Below the pieces are notes generated by a model, which was given only the letters and a program-made list of their open reading frames with translations, searched no databases and had not been told where the DNA came from. A program made the translations under genes and the position numbers. Below, in pieces: positions 10,927-22,078 of a stretch of DNA of 64,000 nt (position 1 is its first letter; every line of letters begins with the position of its first letter). The DNA is taken from positions 124,001 to 188,000 of IMG/VR virus record IMGVR_UViG_3300037087_000760. One strand, written 5' to 3'.

Positions 10927-11039
10927 ACTCCAACAGGGTTGCACCCTGATTCTGGGAATGTTACTGGATTTCTCCACCCAGCATCACATCTTGCTGACTT
11001 TTCAGACCTTTGTAGTTTACCTGCAATTGGATTGGAGTA
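10927..11039. ncRNA. Candidate structured RNA
   Basis: Intergenic, GC-elevated; closing stem ACTCCAA/TTGGAGT with nested hairpins. Confidence 0.35.
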
Positions 11040-11395
11040 TAATTTTTAACACAATCCCAATTTACCAGCATTTAGAATTTCAGTCTCAACCAATCTCAAC
11101 CATTCTTTAAAATCATTAATCTCTTGAACAGTTAATTTTTCATTGAGAGTATTACATACTATATTGGTCAGTTTCGAATTGTTTGAAACATGAACCATCT
11201 TTGATAATAAATTTCTATCCATTGTCTTTATATTTTTTATAAAGGTAAAAACTTTAATTGAATAAAAAAAATTCGTCTTATACCATTATATATTTTTTTA
11301 TCTCAGGGGATTGTTGTAATTTTGTACAGTAAACATAAAAATTTCATTTTTTTATTCGAAAAATGTTTCATATATTTGTAAAAAATAACTAAAAG

Positions 11396-12616
11396 ATGGA
11401 TAAGTATAGTTTCCTTGACCAAGACCAATACAAGTTTACGATGATGCAGGCCGTCATTCGACTTTTTCCAAATTTAATAGTCAGATACAAATTCATTAAT
11501 CGTGGAAAGACAGTTTGGCCAGAGGGAATGGCTCAAAAACTCAGAGAACGATTGAAACGATTTTCCGAGGAAGCAATTCTTACAAAAGAAGAATTGGAAT
11601 ATCTTTCTGGAATCCGTTTTTTCCTTCCATTCTTCCTTTGGGTTCTTTCAAAATATCGTTTCGATGTAAGTGAAGTTCATGTTACCGATAATATTGACGA
11701 TACCTATGTTGAGGGATACTGGTGGAGAACAATCCTTTGGGAATGTATATTTTTATCAATGTTATCTGAGTTATATCACGAGATGACAGGTCATAAACTT
11801 CCCGAAAGAAGTATCCTTACCAAACTTAATATGAGTAAAGGGTGGGATTTTTATAAAAACGACATCAATTTCGTTGAAGCTGGTTTCCGCCGTAGGTTTT
11901 CTTTCGATAACCAAGATTATGTTATCAATGATTTGATTAAATCCTCAAAAAGTTGTCTTATCGGTACAAGTAATGTATATTTCGCTAAAAAATACAATCT
12001 GATACCAATCGGGACTGTCGCTCACGAATGGTACATGGCTCATTCAGCTATGTTCGGATATCATGAAGCAAACCGTAAATCATTAGAAGATTGGATCAGG
12101 GTTTACAATGGAGATTTGGGTACGGTATTACCCGACACTTTCACATCAAAGGCATTTTTCAACATTTTCGATACACACTTCGCTAAATTGTTTGATGGGT
12201 TCAGACAAGATAGTGGTGATCCCTTTATCATCGGTCATTTGGGTCTTGATAATTATTACAGGACAATTCATGATAAACATATAATTCAGTCAAAGTCAGT
12301 TATTTTTAGTAACGCCTTGGATAATCTCAAATCAATCCTTGAAATCAGTGATGAATTCAAAAAAGAACTTATTACCCGTTTCATGATTGGAACTTGGTTA
12401 ACTTGTGATATTCCTATCATTTCGGATGAATCGAAGTCTGTTGATTTTTCTACTATGGAAAAAATAAAACCATTAAACATTGTCATGAAATTATCTCATG
12501 TGTTTATTGATGGTGTATGGATTCCTGTTGTTAAATTGGGAGATGGTAGTGGGGAGAAATATACAGGTGATCCCAATCAGATTGATTTAGCAAAAAGAAT
12601 TTTAAATATTAAGTAA
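11396..12616 (+). CDS. pncB: Nicotinate phosphoribosyltransferase
   Basis: LDQDQYKFTMMQAV, EAGFRRRFS, GTSNV, GTVAHEW, PDTF, RQDSGDP, VKLGD. Confidence 0.93.
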   Translation: MDKYSFLDQDQYKFTMMQAVIRLFPNLIVRYKFINRGKTVWPEGMAQKLRERLKRFSEEAILTKEELEYLSGIRFFLPFFLWVLSKYRFDVSEVHVTDNIDDTYVEGYWWRTILWECIFLSMLSELYHEMTGHKLPERSILTKLNMSKGWDFYKNDINFVEAGFRRRFSFDNQDYVINDLIKSSKSCLIGTSNVYFAKKYNLIPIGTVAHEWYMAHSAMFGYHEANRKSLEDWIRVYNGDLGTVLPDTFTSKAFFNIFDTHFAKLFDGFRQDSGDPFIIGHLGLDNYYRTIHDKHIIQSKSVIFSNALDNLKSILEISDEFKKELITRFMIGTWLTCDIPIISDESKSVDFSTMEKIKPLNIVMKLSHVFIDGVWIPVVKLGDGSGEKYTGDPNQIDLAKRILNIK

Positions 12617-14964
12617 GATGGAAAACTATTTAAGTCCAAAAACAGAAAAAATAATAGAAGTATTCGCTATTATTTTAACTTGTGTGTTCATGTTTGGTGT
12701 GATTCTTACACCAGTAATGATATCCTATTATTATTTTCATTTTGATACCTATTATATTGGTTTTTTAGTATCAGCTATAATTACAACAGAGATCAGTGTT
12801 GGTATCAAAATTTATGGAAAGAAAATAGAAAAAAAAGGAAAAATACCATTTAGAGAATATCTAAATCAATTAAAACCAAACATCATCACTGATATTTTTG
12901 TGATTCTCTCATCTTCCATACTACTTATGATTATATGTGCAGTAATCACTTTTATTTTAGCTCTCTTTGATATCAATCATTTTACAAATGGTTTTCTAAA
13001 TGGAATCATTTTGGCACTTGTGTTGATAGGAATTAATAAATTGTATAAAAAAGAAATTAAAGGAAAATCTTTGTTGGTATGATAATTACAAAACGAACAC
13101 CATTTGGAGTTAATACAATGGACATTCCTATTACGGATAGTCAATTGGATGAAATAGTGAATTCTGATAAACACATTCAATATATTTGTCCTGAATTACC
13201 TGCTTGTGAAAGGGAATTTCTTATTTCAGGAACTACACCTAAGGAATGGGAGAAAATGTTCGGTGGTTGTAGTAATCATTGTCAACCATGTAAATATAAT
13301 GTAATTCAAATCAATGAACCATGAAAAAAATATTAGAAAGAAAAGATTTTATCAAATTTACGCATCTGAAAAGTTATATAGAATCTGAGGTGATCGGATT
13401 AAATTTGGGTGATTACCCAAATACAGAATTCGATCAAACTAAATGGGGGGATTTGATTTTTAATCTAAAACTTATGTTTCATTGGTTGAACCATATGAAT
13501 TCACATTCTTATACAGGAATGTATCATGGATCAACAGGATTCTTACATATCAATAAAATTAAAACTGTACCTAATTCAGAATTGAAAATTGTTATCAATG
13601 AGAACAACGACATTGAATTTCTTGTAGTAAAACGAAATACTTATAAATTAAACTTATATAAATCTTAAACAAATGAAAAAATCAAATGTTAAAAGGCTTG
13701 TTGTCTATTTAAACAACATTGGAAAAAACAAAGATTTTCATACAACTTACACATACAAAGATGTTGTTGATGAATCTGAAGCAATACGTGTTGTTTGGGC
13801 TATGCATTTAGGGCCAACAGATAACACAAGTGATGTGTTGTTAAAAATAAAAAAGGTCATCTTCAACAATAAACCACTTACTTCTTTTGAGAAAAAGATA
13901 TAAATGAGAACATATGGAAATACTTGGGGGGTTTTTGATAAGGATGATGTGAATGTTCAATCCCAATTAGTTCTTGCTAATTTAAGAAAAGGCGATAAAC
14001 TGAAAATTGGTTCTATTGAATATGAAGTAACTGTCCAAACCAAGAAAACCCTAAGATTAAAATCCGATAAAAAATGTTATTCATTTAAAATTTGGATGTT
14101 GGAAGAATTTGGAAAGTGGTGTTGTAATGCGGGTAAAGGGTATGATCCAGCTGATAAAATATTGAGTGATATACAGGGTGATTTAATTCTGGATAGTATA
14201 AACTCTAATAACCCACTTCATGAATTGACCGATTCTGGGAAAATTTTATTGAGAGATCCGATTTATGAATTCTCAATAGGAATGAATACTTGGAAGAAAG
14301 CGATGGACAGAATACTTTCAGTAATAAAATGGCACAGCTTAGAAAATGATTTTAAAGATATTGTTATTGATAGTAAATTTATAACAGAAGCTAAACATAT
14401 TTTTTCACTTCCCTTTGTAAAAGAAGAAATTATAAGATATACCAAAGGATTCAAAGGTGAAGCAAAAGAATCAAAAGAGGCCTTTCTTATACTTGGTAAG
14501 TATATGAAAGGAGAAGATATAACGGAAGAAGAAAAGAACTTTTTTAAAGACCAGATGATTGACATTCTTAAAGGTATCGGGGTCATTCTTCCAATTCAAT
14601 TAATACCATTACCTTTTGTGAGTACAATTCTACTTATTGTTATGGATTATACACTAAAAAGTATGGGTATAAAAATTTTACCGAGTTCATTTTATGAGGA
14701 GGAAAAGAAAGATGAAAAATTATAAAGTATCTGATTTTAATCAGGGAGATAAAGTAAAGATTATTGGAAACATTGGATTTGCTCTATCTTCTGGTGGAAC
14801 TTATCCCCCAAAAGATTCGAAAGAATATCCAATGGTCGGAATTATCGAGAAAAAATCACCATGTTTATTATCCTTGATCCCAATTGGTTATTCTATCACG
14901 GTAAATGGATATGGGTTTCGTTTGGATACTCTTATTAAGAATGATTTAATTGAAAAAATAGAAA

Positions 14965-15192
14965 ATGAATCCTGATGAATGTATCGCTTGTGGAAAATGT
15001 TGTAATAAACATTGGTTGGTAAAATTAACGAATGACAGAGAAAAAAAGATGTTTAAAGGAAGTTTGGTTTCTGGTGAATTTATATGGACGAATGAATGTA
15101 AGTTTCTTTTAAAGAATGGTAAATGTAAAATTCACGGAGAAAAACAACCTTATAAATGTAAAGAATACTTTTGTGAGGGAAGAAAAATTTAA
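14965..15192 (+). CDS. YkgJ-like Cys-cluster (Zn/Fe-S) protein
   Basis: CIACGKCC...C.FL...KCKIH..QP..CK.YFC. Confidence 0.7.
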   Translation: MNPDECIACGKCCNKHWLVKLTNDREKKMFKGSLVSGEFIWTNECKFLLKNGKCKIHGEKQPYKCKEYFCEGRKI

Positions 15193-15195
15193 GTT

Positions 15196-15711
15196 ATGAA
15201 TTATCTAAGAATAATATTAAGTTGTTTCGTAATTTATTTGTTTATTGTAGTAGCAATTAGATTATTCGGGAAAAAGGAATTGTCCCAATTATCGGTTGTT
15301 GACTTGGTATTCATTCTTCTTATAAGTAATGCGGTTCAAAACGCGATGGTAGGGTCTGATTCATCTCTTTTAGGTGGATTGATCGCCGCTAGTACCTTAT
15401 TCATAGTAAATTATTTCTTTAAAATTTTCCTATTTAAATATCCCAGATTTAATAAACTGGTTCAGGGGAAACCTATACCACTTATCATACGGGGAGTTGT
15501 AAATGATGAAAATTTATTAAAGGCCAGAATGACTTTTGCTGAATTAAGAGAAACGATCCGTGAACATGGTATAGACCCGAATAATATAAAGAAAATTGAT
15601 TTGGTGTTACTGGAGGTGGATGGTAATATAAGTGTCCTGACTAATAATTTTGAATCCAAATCAAAGAAAAGAAGATCACCACATAAAATGTTAAAAAAAG
15701 ACGCAAATTGA
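15196..15711 (+). CDS. DUF421/YetF-family membrane protein
   Basis: RLFGKKELSQLSVVDLVFILLISNAVQNAM; LEVDGNISV. Confidence 0.85.
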   Translation: MNYLRIILSCFVIYLFIVVAIRLFGKKELSQLSVVDLVFILLISNAVQNAMVGSDSSLLGGLIAASTLFIVNYFFKIFLFKYPRFNKLVQGKPIPLIIRGVVNDENLLKARMTFAELRETIREHGIDPNNIKKIDLVLLEVDGNISVLTNNFESKSKKRRSPHKMLKKDAN

Positions 15712-15888
15712 AAAATATATTTTATTGGATTAACGAACATATTTGGTACAAACACTTTTTTCAAGATGGTAAACAGATTTATCATATTGTTGAAATGAAA
15801 GGTATCAGAACATTTTTGGTTGATGGACAAGGGGGACAAAGATCAACAATTACACCAATGATTAAAATAGGAAGAAATATATTATAAC

Positions 15889-16707
15889 ATGGAAACTTAT
15901 AAACCAGCTTTACTTATTTGGATGGAAAAAATGTTTAAACATGCACGAGAAAGACAATGGTTTGAAACATACCATTGTTTTGATGTACATGGTGTTATTT
16001 CTAATCCAGATTATAGAAAAACCGAAAAGGTCGGAAAGGAATTTAAGATTAATTATTATCCTTGGGCCAAGGAAACCCTTCAATATCTTACAAAGAATCG
16101 TCCAGATATGATTCTATTTATTTATACATCATCGTATAAAAAAGAAATAGAAAGATACATGGAACAATTCAAAAAAGATGGTATCCATTTTAAATATGTA
16201 AATGAAAATCCTGAAATTTCTGATGCCAAGGGAAGTTTTGGTTGTTACGATAAGAAACCTTACTGGAATTCTATATGGGAAGATAAAGCTGGTTTCGATC
16301 CAGAGATAGATTGGAAATCATTTTATGACTATTTCACAACTTCAGATTATAAACCAGATCCGAGTTGGAGTTTTAAATCAGATGAATCTTATCATGAAAA
16401 AATAAAACCAATAAGTTATAAAGATTTGACTGATGAACAATTGATAGAATTTGCTAAACTAAGAATTGATAATTCTCCTGAGTGGAAAAGTTATGGAAGA
16501 TTATACTATGAAAAGCATGTGAATAAAAAAATTACTATCAAAAAAATCACCATCGAGGACAAGCATAATTATGATTATTTTTGTGTGTCTTTTATTGTTA
16601 AAACAAAAGAATTTGCTGACGAAAGATTACCAATTCAATTTGATAGGTTTTATCCCAATGAAATATCATATCTTATTAAGTGTGGAATTAACTTTGAAAT
16701 GTTATGA
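15889..16707 (+). CDS. HAD-like phage protein
   Basis: CFDVHGVI, IYTSS, NENP. Confidence 0.5.
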   Translation: METYKPALLIWMEKMFKHARERQWFETYHCFDVHGVISNPDYRKTEKVGKEFKINYYPWAKETLQYLTKNRPDMILFIYTSSYKKEIERYMEQFKKDGIHFKYVNENPEISDAKGSFGCYDKKPYWNSIWEDKAGFDPEIDWKSFYDYFTTSDYKPDPSWSFKSDESYHEKIKPISYKDLTDEQLIEFAKLRIDNSPEWKSYGRLYYEKHVNKKITIKKITIEDKHNYDYFCVSFIVKTKEFADERLPIQFDRFYPNEISYLIKCGINFEML

Positions 16708-17994
16708 AAAATATTATATTATTTGTCCTTTTGTTTGTAGGAACACAAACGATGGCTCAAAAAATCGAATCAATCAGAGTAGATAGTTTACAATATAATT
16801 TTTACATACAGGGAATTCCGGGTGTAAAATATGAATGGATATTTACTACCCCTCCCGACTATAATGATCAGTATATAATCACTAAGAAGGACACTACATA
16901 TTTTCATTTTAGGTCGGTTGGGTCAGTCGCTGTTATGGTGAGATATAAAGACAAAGAGGGTAAATGGTCGGACAATTTATTTACAAATATTAAAGTAAAA
17001 TAATAATGAATAAAAAAGACATTTTAAAAGGAAAATTTGATAAGAAGTCAGTTGATTCTTTATCAACAAAAGAAAAATCAGATATGATTTATTCACTTCA
17101 TTCTCCATGTACTAAAGAAGTAAGTGCAAGACTTAAACCTCATCCATTGGAGGGAATCGGTGAATTTGGAATTGAAAATATTACCAAATTTTTAAAACTC
17201 TGTATGAAAACCAATCAGGATAATGTCGAATGGTTTTTACTTCATATTACTGATTTTATTAGATGTGATCATGATATGAAGAAATCTAAAAAGATTATTT
17301 CCGAATTTCAAAAAGTTAAAACTTTTAATATTCTTAGTAAATATTTAGCTAAAGATAAAGGAACGACACCTTGGAAATCTACTGAAATAGATAAATATAA
17401 TGTATGGTTCAGTGGTAATTCTCTTTTTCCTCTGGAAGATGAAATTAAGAGGATCGAAGAAAAGAAGAAATCTGATACGAAGAAAGAAGAAGAGAAAACG
17501 AAAAAACGAGTTGTATCAGAAATGATTCAAAAAAAGGTTAGGAAAAATATCAAAAAATTTGAAGTTGATACTATCCTTTACCTTGATGAATTATTCAGTA
17601 AAGGACAAATCACAAAAGAATATTATAATACATTCGTTAAGAAGGTTCACATGATTGGTTATAAAACTACGAGTGTGGTTTTTAGTAATTTTGAAACATG
17701 GATGATATGAATGAAAATCTAATTATTGGTAATATTGTTTATTTCGCCAAAACAGAAGAATTTTGGGATAAACCCTTTGTAATGAAACGACACCATGTTT
17801 ATGATACCAGAACCGTAATATTAAAAGGTAAAGTGACTGAGATAAAAGGGGATGAATTTAAAGCCAAACTTATTGATAATAACGGATTCGAAAAAGATGG
17901 TGAAGAATTTGTATTTCATAAGAATTCCCTTTTAGTCAATCAAGATTTTAAAAATTTTAATTTACTTGGGAAGTGGAAAATAAATGACATATAA

Positions 17995-19065
17995 ATGAAA
18001 ATACTAATTGGAATAACAGGTGGTATAGCGGCTTATAAGACATTGGATGTCATATCCATTCTTCAAAAGAAAGGACACGAAGTTCATGTTATTATGAGTG
18101 AAAACGCAAAACATTTCGTTACAGAAGAAGTGGTAAATGTTATCAGTAAAGAAAATCTGAAAACAGAAACATTCGGAGAAACAATTCATATCAAGGAATC
18201 AAAATGGTGTGATGCTTTTGTTCTTTGTCCAGCAACAGCCAATTCCATCGCTAAAATAAATTATGGGATATCAGATAGTTTTCTGTTGTCTACTGTTTTG
18301 GCACTTCCTGATAAAATTCGAATTTGTTGTCCGGCCATGAATACCAATATGTGGGAGAATCCCATCACCCAGCAAAATATTGATTCATTAAAGAAACATG
18401 GTTGGAAAATAATTTTTCCAGTTGAAGGTATGTTGGCTTGTAATGATTTCGGTATGGGTAAATTACCATCACCGAAAGTAATTGTTGAGAAAATCACTGA
18501 TATTATCAATCCACTTCCAATGTGGTGTTCACCATTCAAAAATAATTTGAATTATAAAGGAACGACCATAGATTCATTTTCTTTCCTTGATTATGAATGG
18601 AGAAAAGAATTCGAAATCAATATGTTTCCTCATGTGGGGTCTTTTGGAGTACGCCGTAGACACGATGTTCATAAGGGTATAGATTTATATGCCGAAGTTG
18701 GAACTGAGGTCTATTCAGTAGAATTTGGTGAAATAGTAGACATTTGTTGGTTTACTGGTGAACCTCTGGGGATGCCTTGGTGGGAAGATACTAAGGCTGT
18801 TTATGTAAAGGGAAAATCTGGAATTGTGGTATATGGTGAAATCGAACCAAATCCCTCCTTAGAGATTGGTCAAACTTGGTGTTCTGAAATGTTGATCGGT
18901 ACAGTGAAAAGAGTTCTCAAAAAGGATAATCACAGACCATTATCCATGTTACATTTGGAATTACATCATCCAGATCACATTCACACTCCACAGTGGGAAA
19001 TCGGTCAACCGAAACCAGTTGGCGTTCTTGATCCGACCCCTTATTTGTTAAATATTTACAAATAA
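17995..19065 (+). CDS. coaC: Phosphopantothenoylcysteine decarboxylase (CoaC) fused to an M23 peptidase-like domain
   Basis: GITGGIAAYK, PATANSIAK, PAMNTNMW, LACNDFGMG; C-terminal HKGIDLYA (HxxxD) and MLHLELH. Confidence 0.85.
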   Translation: MKILIGITGGIAAYKTLDVISILQKKGHEVHVIMSENAKHFVTEEVVNVISKENLKTETFGETIHIKESKWCDAFVLCPATANSIAKINYGISDSFLLSTVLALPDKIRICCPAMNTNMWENPITQQNIDSLKKHGWKIIFPVEGMLACNDFGMGKLPSPKVIVEKITDIINPLPMWCSPFKNNLNYKGTTIDSFSFLDYEWRKEFEINMFPHVGSFGVRRRHDVHKGIDLYAEVGTEVYSVEFGEIVDICWFTGEPLGMPWWEDTKAVYVKGKSGIVVYGEIEPNPSLEIGQTWCSEMLIGTVKRVLKKDNHRPLSMLHLELHHPDHIHTPQWEIGQPKPVGVLDPTPYLLNIYK

Positions 19066-19072
19066 AAATATC

Positions 19073-19786
19073 ATGAAAAAGATTTTAATTACTTCAGGTG
19101 GTACAAGAGAATATATTGATGAAGTTCGTGTACTCACCAATATATCATCTGGTAAATTGGGTTCATTAATAGCGGATCAATTTTCGATATTTAATGGTCC
19201 TTATTCCGTTTCTCATAAGTGTAATTTATATGAAGTACATTTCGTTTATGTGAAAGGTTCATTGAAACCATTTTTTGAGGGGGATGATGTTATATTACAT
19301 GAAGTAACTGATGTTAAATCCGTTTATGATATAATGGAAAAACTCGTTCCAGAAATGGATGTGGTTATTCATCCGATGGCCGTATCAGACTTTGGATTTA
19401 CCCCAATCAAAACAAAACTAAAAAGTAATGATCCAGAGGGTTTCATTCAAAGTATGAAAGAAAGAATTTATCAAACTCCAAAGATATTATCTCATATAAA
19501 AGAATGGAATCCCAATTGCTTTCTTATTTCTTTTAAATTTGAAAATGAATTAACAAGAGATGAATTACTTTTCTCCGCTGAAGAATCGATGAAGAAGAAT
19601 GGTTCTGATATTGTCATTGCTAATGATAAATCAGAAATGAAAAAATTGGGTGTTCACAAGGCTTATGTTATCAGGAAAGAACCAGTACCAACTTATGGTG
19701 TTTATGGAAGATTGGATTGTGAATTAAATGGAAAAGATGAAATAGCCAGAAAAATTTTTAAAATAGTAAACGAATTGAATGATTGA
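19073..19786 (+). CDS. coaB: Phosphopantothenate--cysteine ligase
   Basis: ITSGGTREYIDEVRVLTNISSGKLG, AVSDF, ISFKFE, IAND. Confidence 0.9.
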   Translation: MKKILITSGGTREYIDEVRVLTNISSGKLGSLIADQFSIFNGPYSVSHKCNLYEVHFVYVKGSLKPFFEGDDVILHEVTDVKSVYDIMEKLVPEMDVVIHPMAVSDFGFTPIKTKLKSNDPEGFIQSMKERIYQTPKILSHIKEWNPNCFLISFKFENELTRDELLFSAEESMKKNGSDIVIANDKSEMKKLGVHKAYVIRKEPVPTYGVYGRLDCELNGKDEIARKIFKIVNELND

Positions 19787-20318
19787 TTTTATAAAAATAT
19801 TAGATCCTGAAACAGAATTAGAAAGAAAAATTTTAATTGACCCTATTTTCATAAAAGGTGTTCAGTACGGTAGATCAAGACCCGGCCATCCCGAAGGACA
19901 AATCATATTTCATATTAGAGATATTTTTAGAAATATTGATAATTGTAAATATGTTAACCCCGAAGAAAGAAGAAAACTCAGACTGATTGCTCTTTTTCAT
20001 GACACTTGTAAATTTCAAGTGAATTACGATTTACCAAGAGTAGGTGATAATCATCATGGTTATTTGGCTCGCAAATTCGCTGAAAAATATATCACTGATG
20101 AAGATATACTCCAGATAATAGACCATCATGATGACGCTTATAACATATGGAAAAGATCCAGTAAGAGAAATGAATGGGATAAAGGTGAAAAAGATTTACT
20201 TAAACTCGTTGATAAAATAAATGATATAAATTTATACTCTTGGTTTTATTTCTGTGATAATAGTACTGGAAACAAAAGTCAAGGTGATTATGAATGGTTT
20301 TTAAATATAACAGCATGA
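19779..20318 (+). CDS. HD-domain phosphohydrolase
   Basis: FHIRD, LFHDTCK, HHGY, HHD. Confidence 0.7.
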   Translation: MIDFIKILDPETELERKILIDPIFIKGVQYGRSRPGHPEGQIIFHIRDIFRNIDNCKYVNPEERRKLRLIALFHDTCKFQVNYDLPRVGDNHHGYLARKFAEKYITDEDILQIIDHHDDAYNIWKRSSKRNEWDKGEKDLLKLVDKINDINLYSWFYFCDNSTGNKSQGDYEWFLNITA

Positions 20319-20437
20319 AAAAATTAGTATTCGTATTTGTATCTTTTCTGGTATCATCATGTGTACATGAAAGATGTGCAGCGTATGGTGGTGAAAAAAG
20401 ACACTATCAGATAGATTCCAGAAGTTTTAAAAAATAG
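20315..20437 (+). CDS. Small lipoprotein (40 aa, not in ORF track)
   Basis: MKKLVFVFVSFLVSSC lipobox then CAAYG; paralog follows. Confidence 0.55.
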   Translation: MKKLVFVFVSFLVSSCVHERCAAYGGEKRHYQIDSRSFKK

Positions 20438-20441
20438 TATC

Positions 20442-20582
20442 ATGAGAAAAATTATTTTTTTTCTACTATTCGTATTTGTATCTTTTTTGGTTTCATCCTG
20501 TGTGGTGGAACAACCGAAATGTTCAGCATATGGAGAAAAGCAAAGATATCAAAAAAATCCCAGTGATTGGGAAAGAAAATAA
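20442..20582 (+). CDS. Small lipoprotein (46 aa, not in ORF track)
   Basis: MRKIIFFLLFVFVSFLVSSC then CSAYG; overlaps the start of the next ORF. Confidence 0.45.
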   Translation: MRKIIFFLLFVFVSFLVSSCVVEQPKCSAYGEKQRYQKNPSDWERK

Positions 20583-21145
20583 TGGAATTATTGATTTTGA
20601 GGGTACAATTGTAAAACCAAATAAATCAGGTGTTTACAAATGTCCATTTCATTGTGGTGATCCCCGTTATTCATTGCCAAAATGGAAAACCGAAAAAGGG
20701 TTCAGACAACATATGGAGAAATGTCCAAAAAGACCATTTCATGTCAATTCTATAAAAGAAAAGGAAACTGTCATTAAGGAACTTTTCGATAAGATGAAAG
20801 AAGAACTTATTCCTACCTTACCTTATACAATCGGACAAAAGTTAATCTATGTAAAAGAGATAATTCTGAAACCGACCCATGTTCAAAGAGGGAATAGAAT
20901 GGTTAAAGTCAGATATGAGGCCGTTAAAGATTTTCAAGCAAGAGAAGAAGAATTAAAAACTATTGATGTCCGATGGCTTGGATTTGTACCAAAAAATTTG
21001 GAGGATATGAAACATTATATTCTTCTGAATAACCATATAAGTCCTTCGGAATTATGTAAAACTATGGAAGAAGCTGAGTTGAAAGCACGATCAGATAAAA
21101 AATCATATCAAGAAGATTGTGATTTTGCTTCCATGTGTAGATAAT

Positions 21146-21994
21146 TTATAAAGTGAATTGATATTTATTCTGTAAATATTTTTCGTAAATTTCTAAATTC
21201 TGTTTTATCTTCGGTAGTTTTTTAAGGAAAGATTCTACACTTAAATTGGTATAAGATACTTTGAGTCTTTCATAATAATGTAAATCTTCATCGTCAACAT
21301 CTCCCCTCATATTTTTATACATATTATCAATAGCTTTATTCCAAAGTTCGTCCTCTTCCTTTTGTTCTTCTGGTGTCGGTTCAATATATTGATCACTCAA
21401 TGGATTACGATTCATATTAAATAACTGGTTTATTGGAGATGTACTTTCTTCACCGGGATCTTTTGGATTCTTTGGTTCTTTCATCATATTAAACAAATTA
21501 TTATCTTTTTGGATTTTATTGATATGAGTTACGAATAAAAGTTTTATTTTTCCTTTTTTATATCCTAAATAACTATCTCCCGGTTCAAGTTTGGCTCTGT
21601 ATTGAACCCACATTTCTATACTGGCGGTATATCCTTTTTTCTTTTCAATTTCTTTCTCTTTTTTAAAATGTAAAGCATAATCCTTTTCGTGTTCGTACCC
21701 CGTATTACATTCAAAATTTTTAAATTGTGGAATTTCTTTTATTATCTTATGGTATAACATTTCAGCTATACCGTATGTTCCGCCAAATCTTTTTCTCATT
21801 GCATCAGACATTGACATATTTAAATCGACTGAAGCTGGACCAGAAAATAACTGATGCCTAAATCTCTTATATGGCTCCTTGAATGGAGAATCTGCTTTAG
21901 TCATCCCTTTTATTTCCTCAGGTGAAAATTTACCTACAAGATCAGGTGAATCGGCCTGTTCGAAAAATTTTTTCCAATTTTTAAGATATTTCAT
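21146..21994 (-). CDS. Hypothetical protein with capsid-targeting-like N-terminus
   Basis: MKYLKNWKKFFE; AATATATA box upstream (22016-22023). Confidence 0.5.
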   Translation of the reverse strand: MKYLKNWKKFFEQADSPDLVGKFSPEEIKGMTKADSPFKEPYKRFRHQLFSGPASVDLNMSMSDAMRKRFGGTYGIAEMLYHKIIKEIPQFKNFECNTGYEHEKDYALHFKKEKEIEKKKGYTASIEMWVQYRAKLEPGDSYLGYKKGKIKLLFVTHINKIQKDNNLFNMMKEPKNPKDPGEESTSPINQLFNMNRNPLSDQYIEPTPEEQKEEDELWNKAIDNMYKNMRGDVDDEDLHYYERLKVSYTNLSVESFLKKLPKIKQNLEIYEKYLQNKYQFTL

Positions 21995-22078
21995 TGAAAC
22001 TATCCTCTTTTTGTTTATATATTATTTTTTTATTCCAGAAAAACTTCGTAATTTTGTTTAAAATTAAGTAGTATCCAT

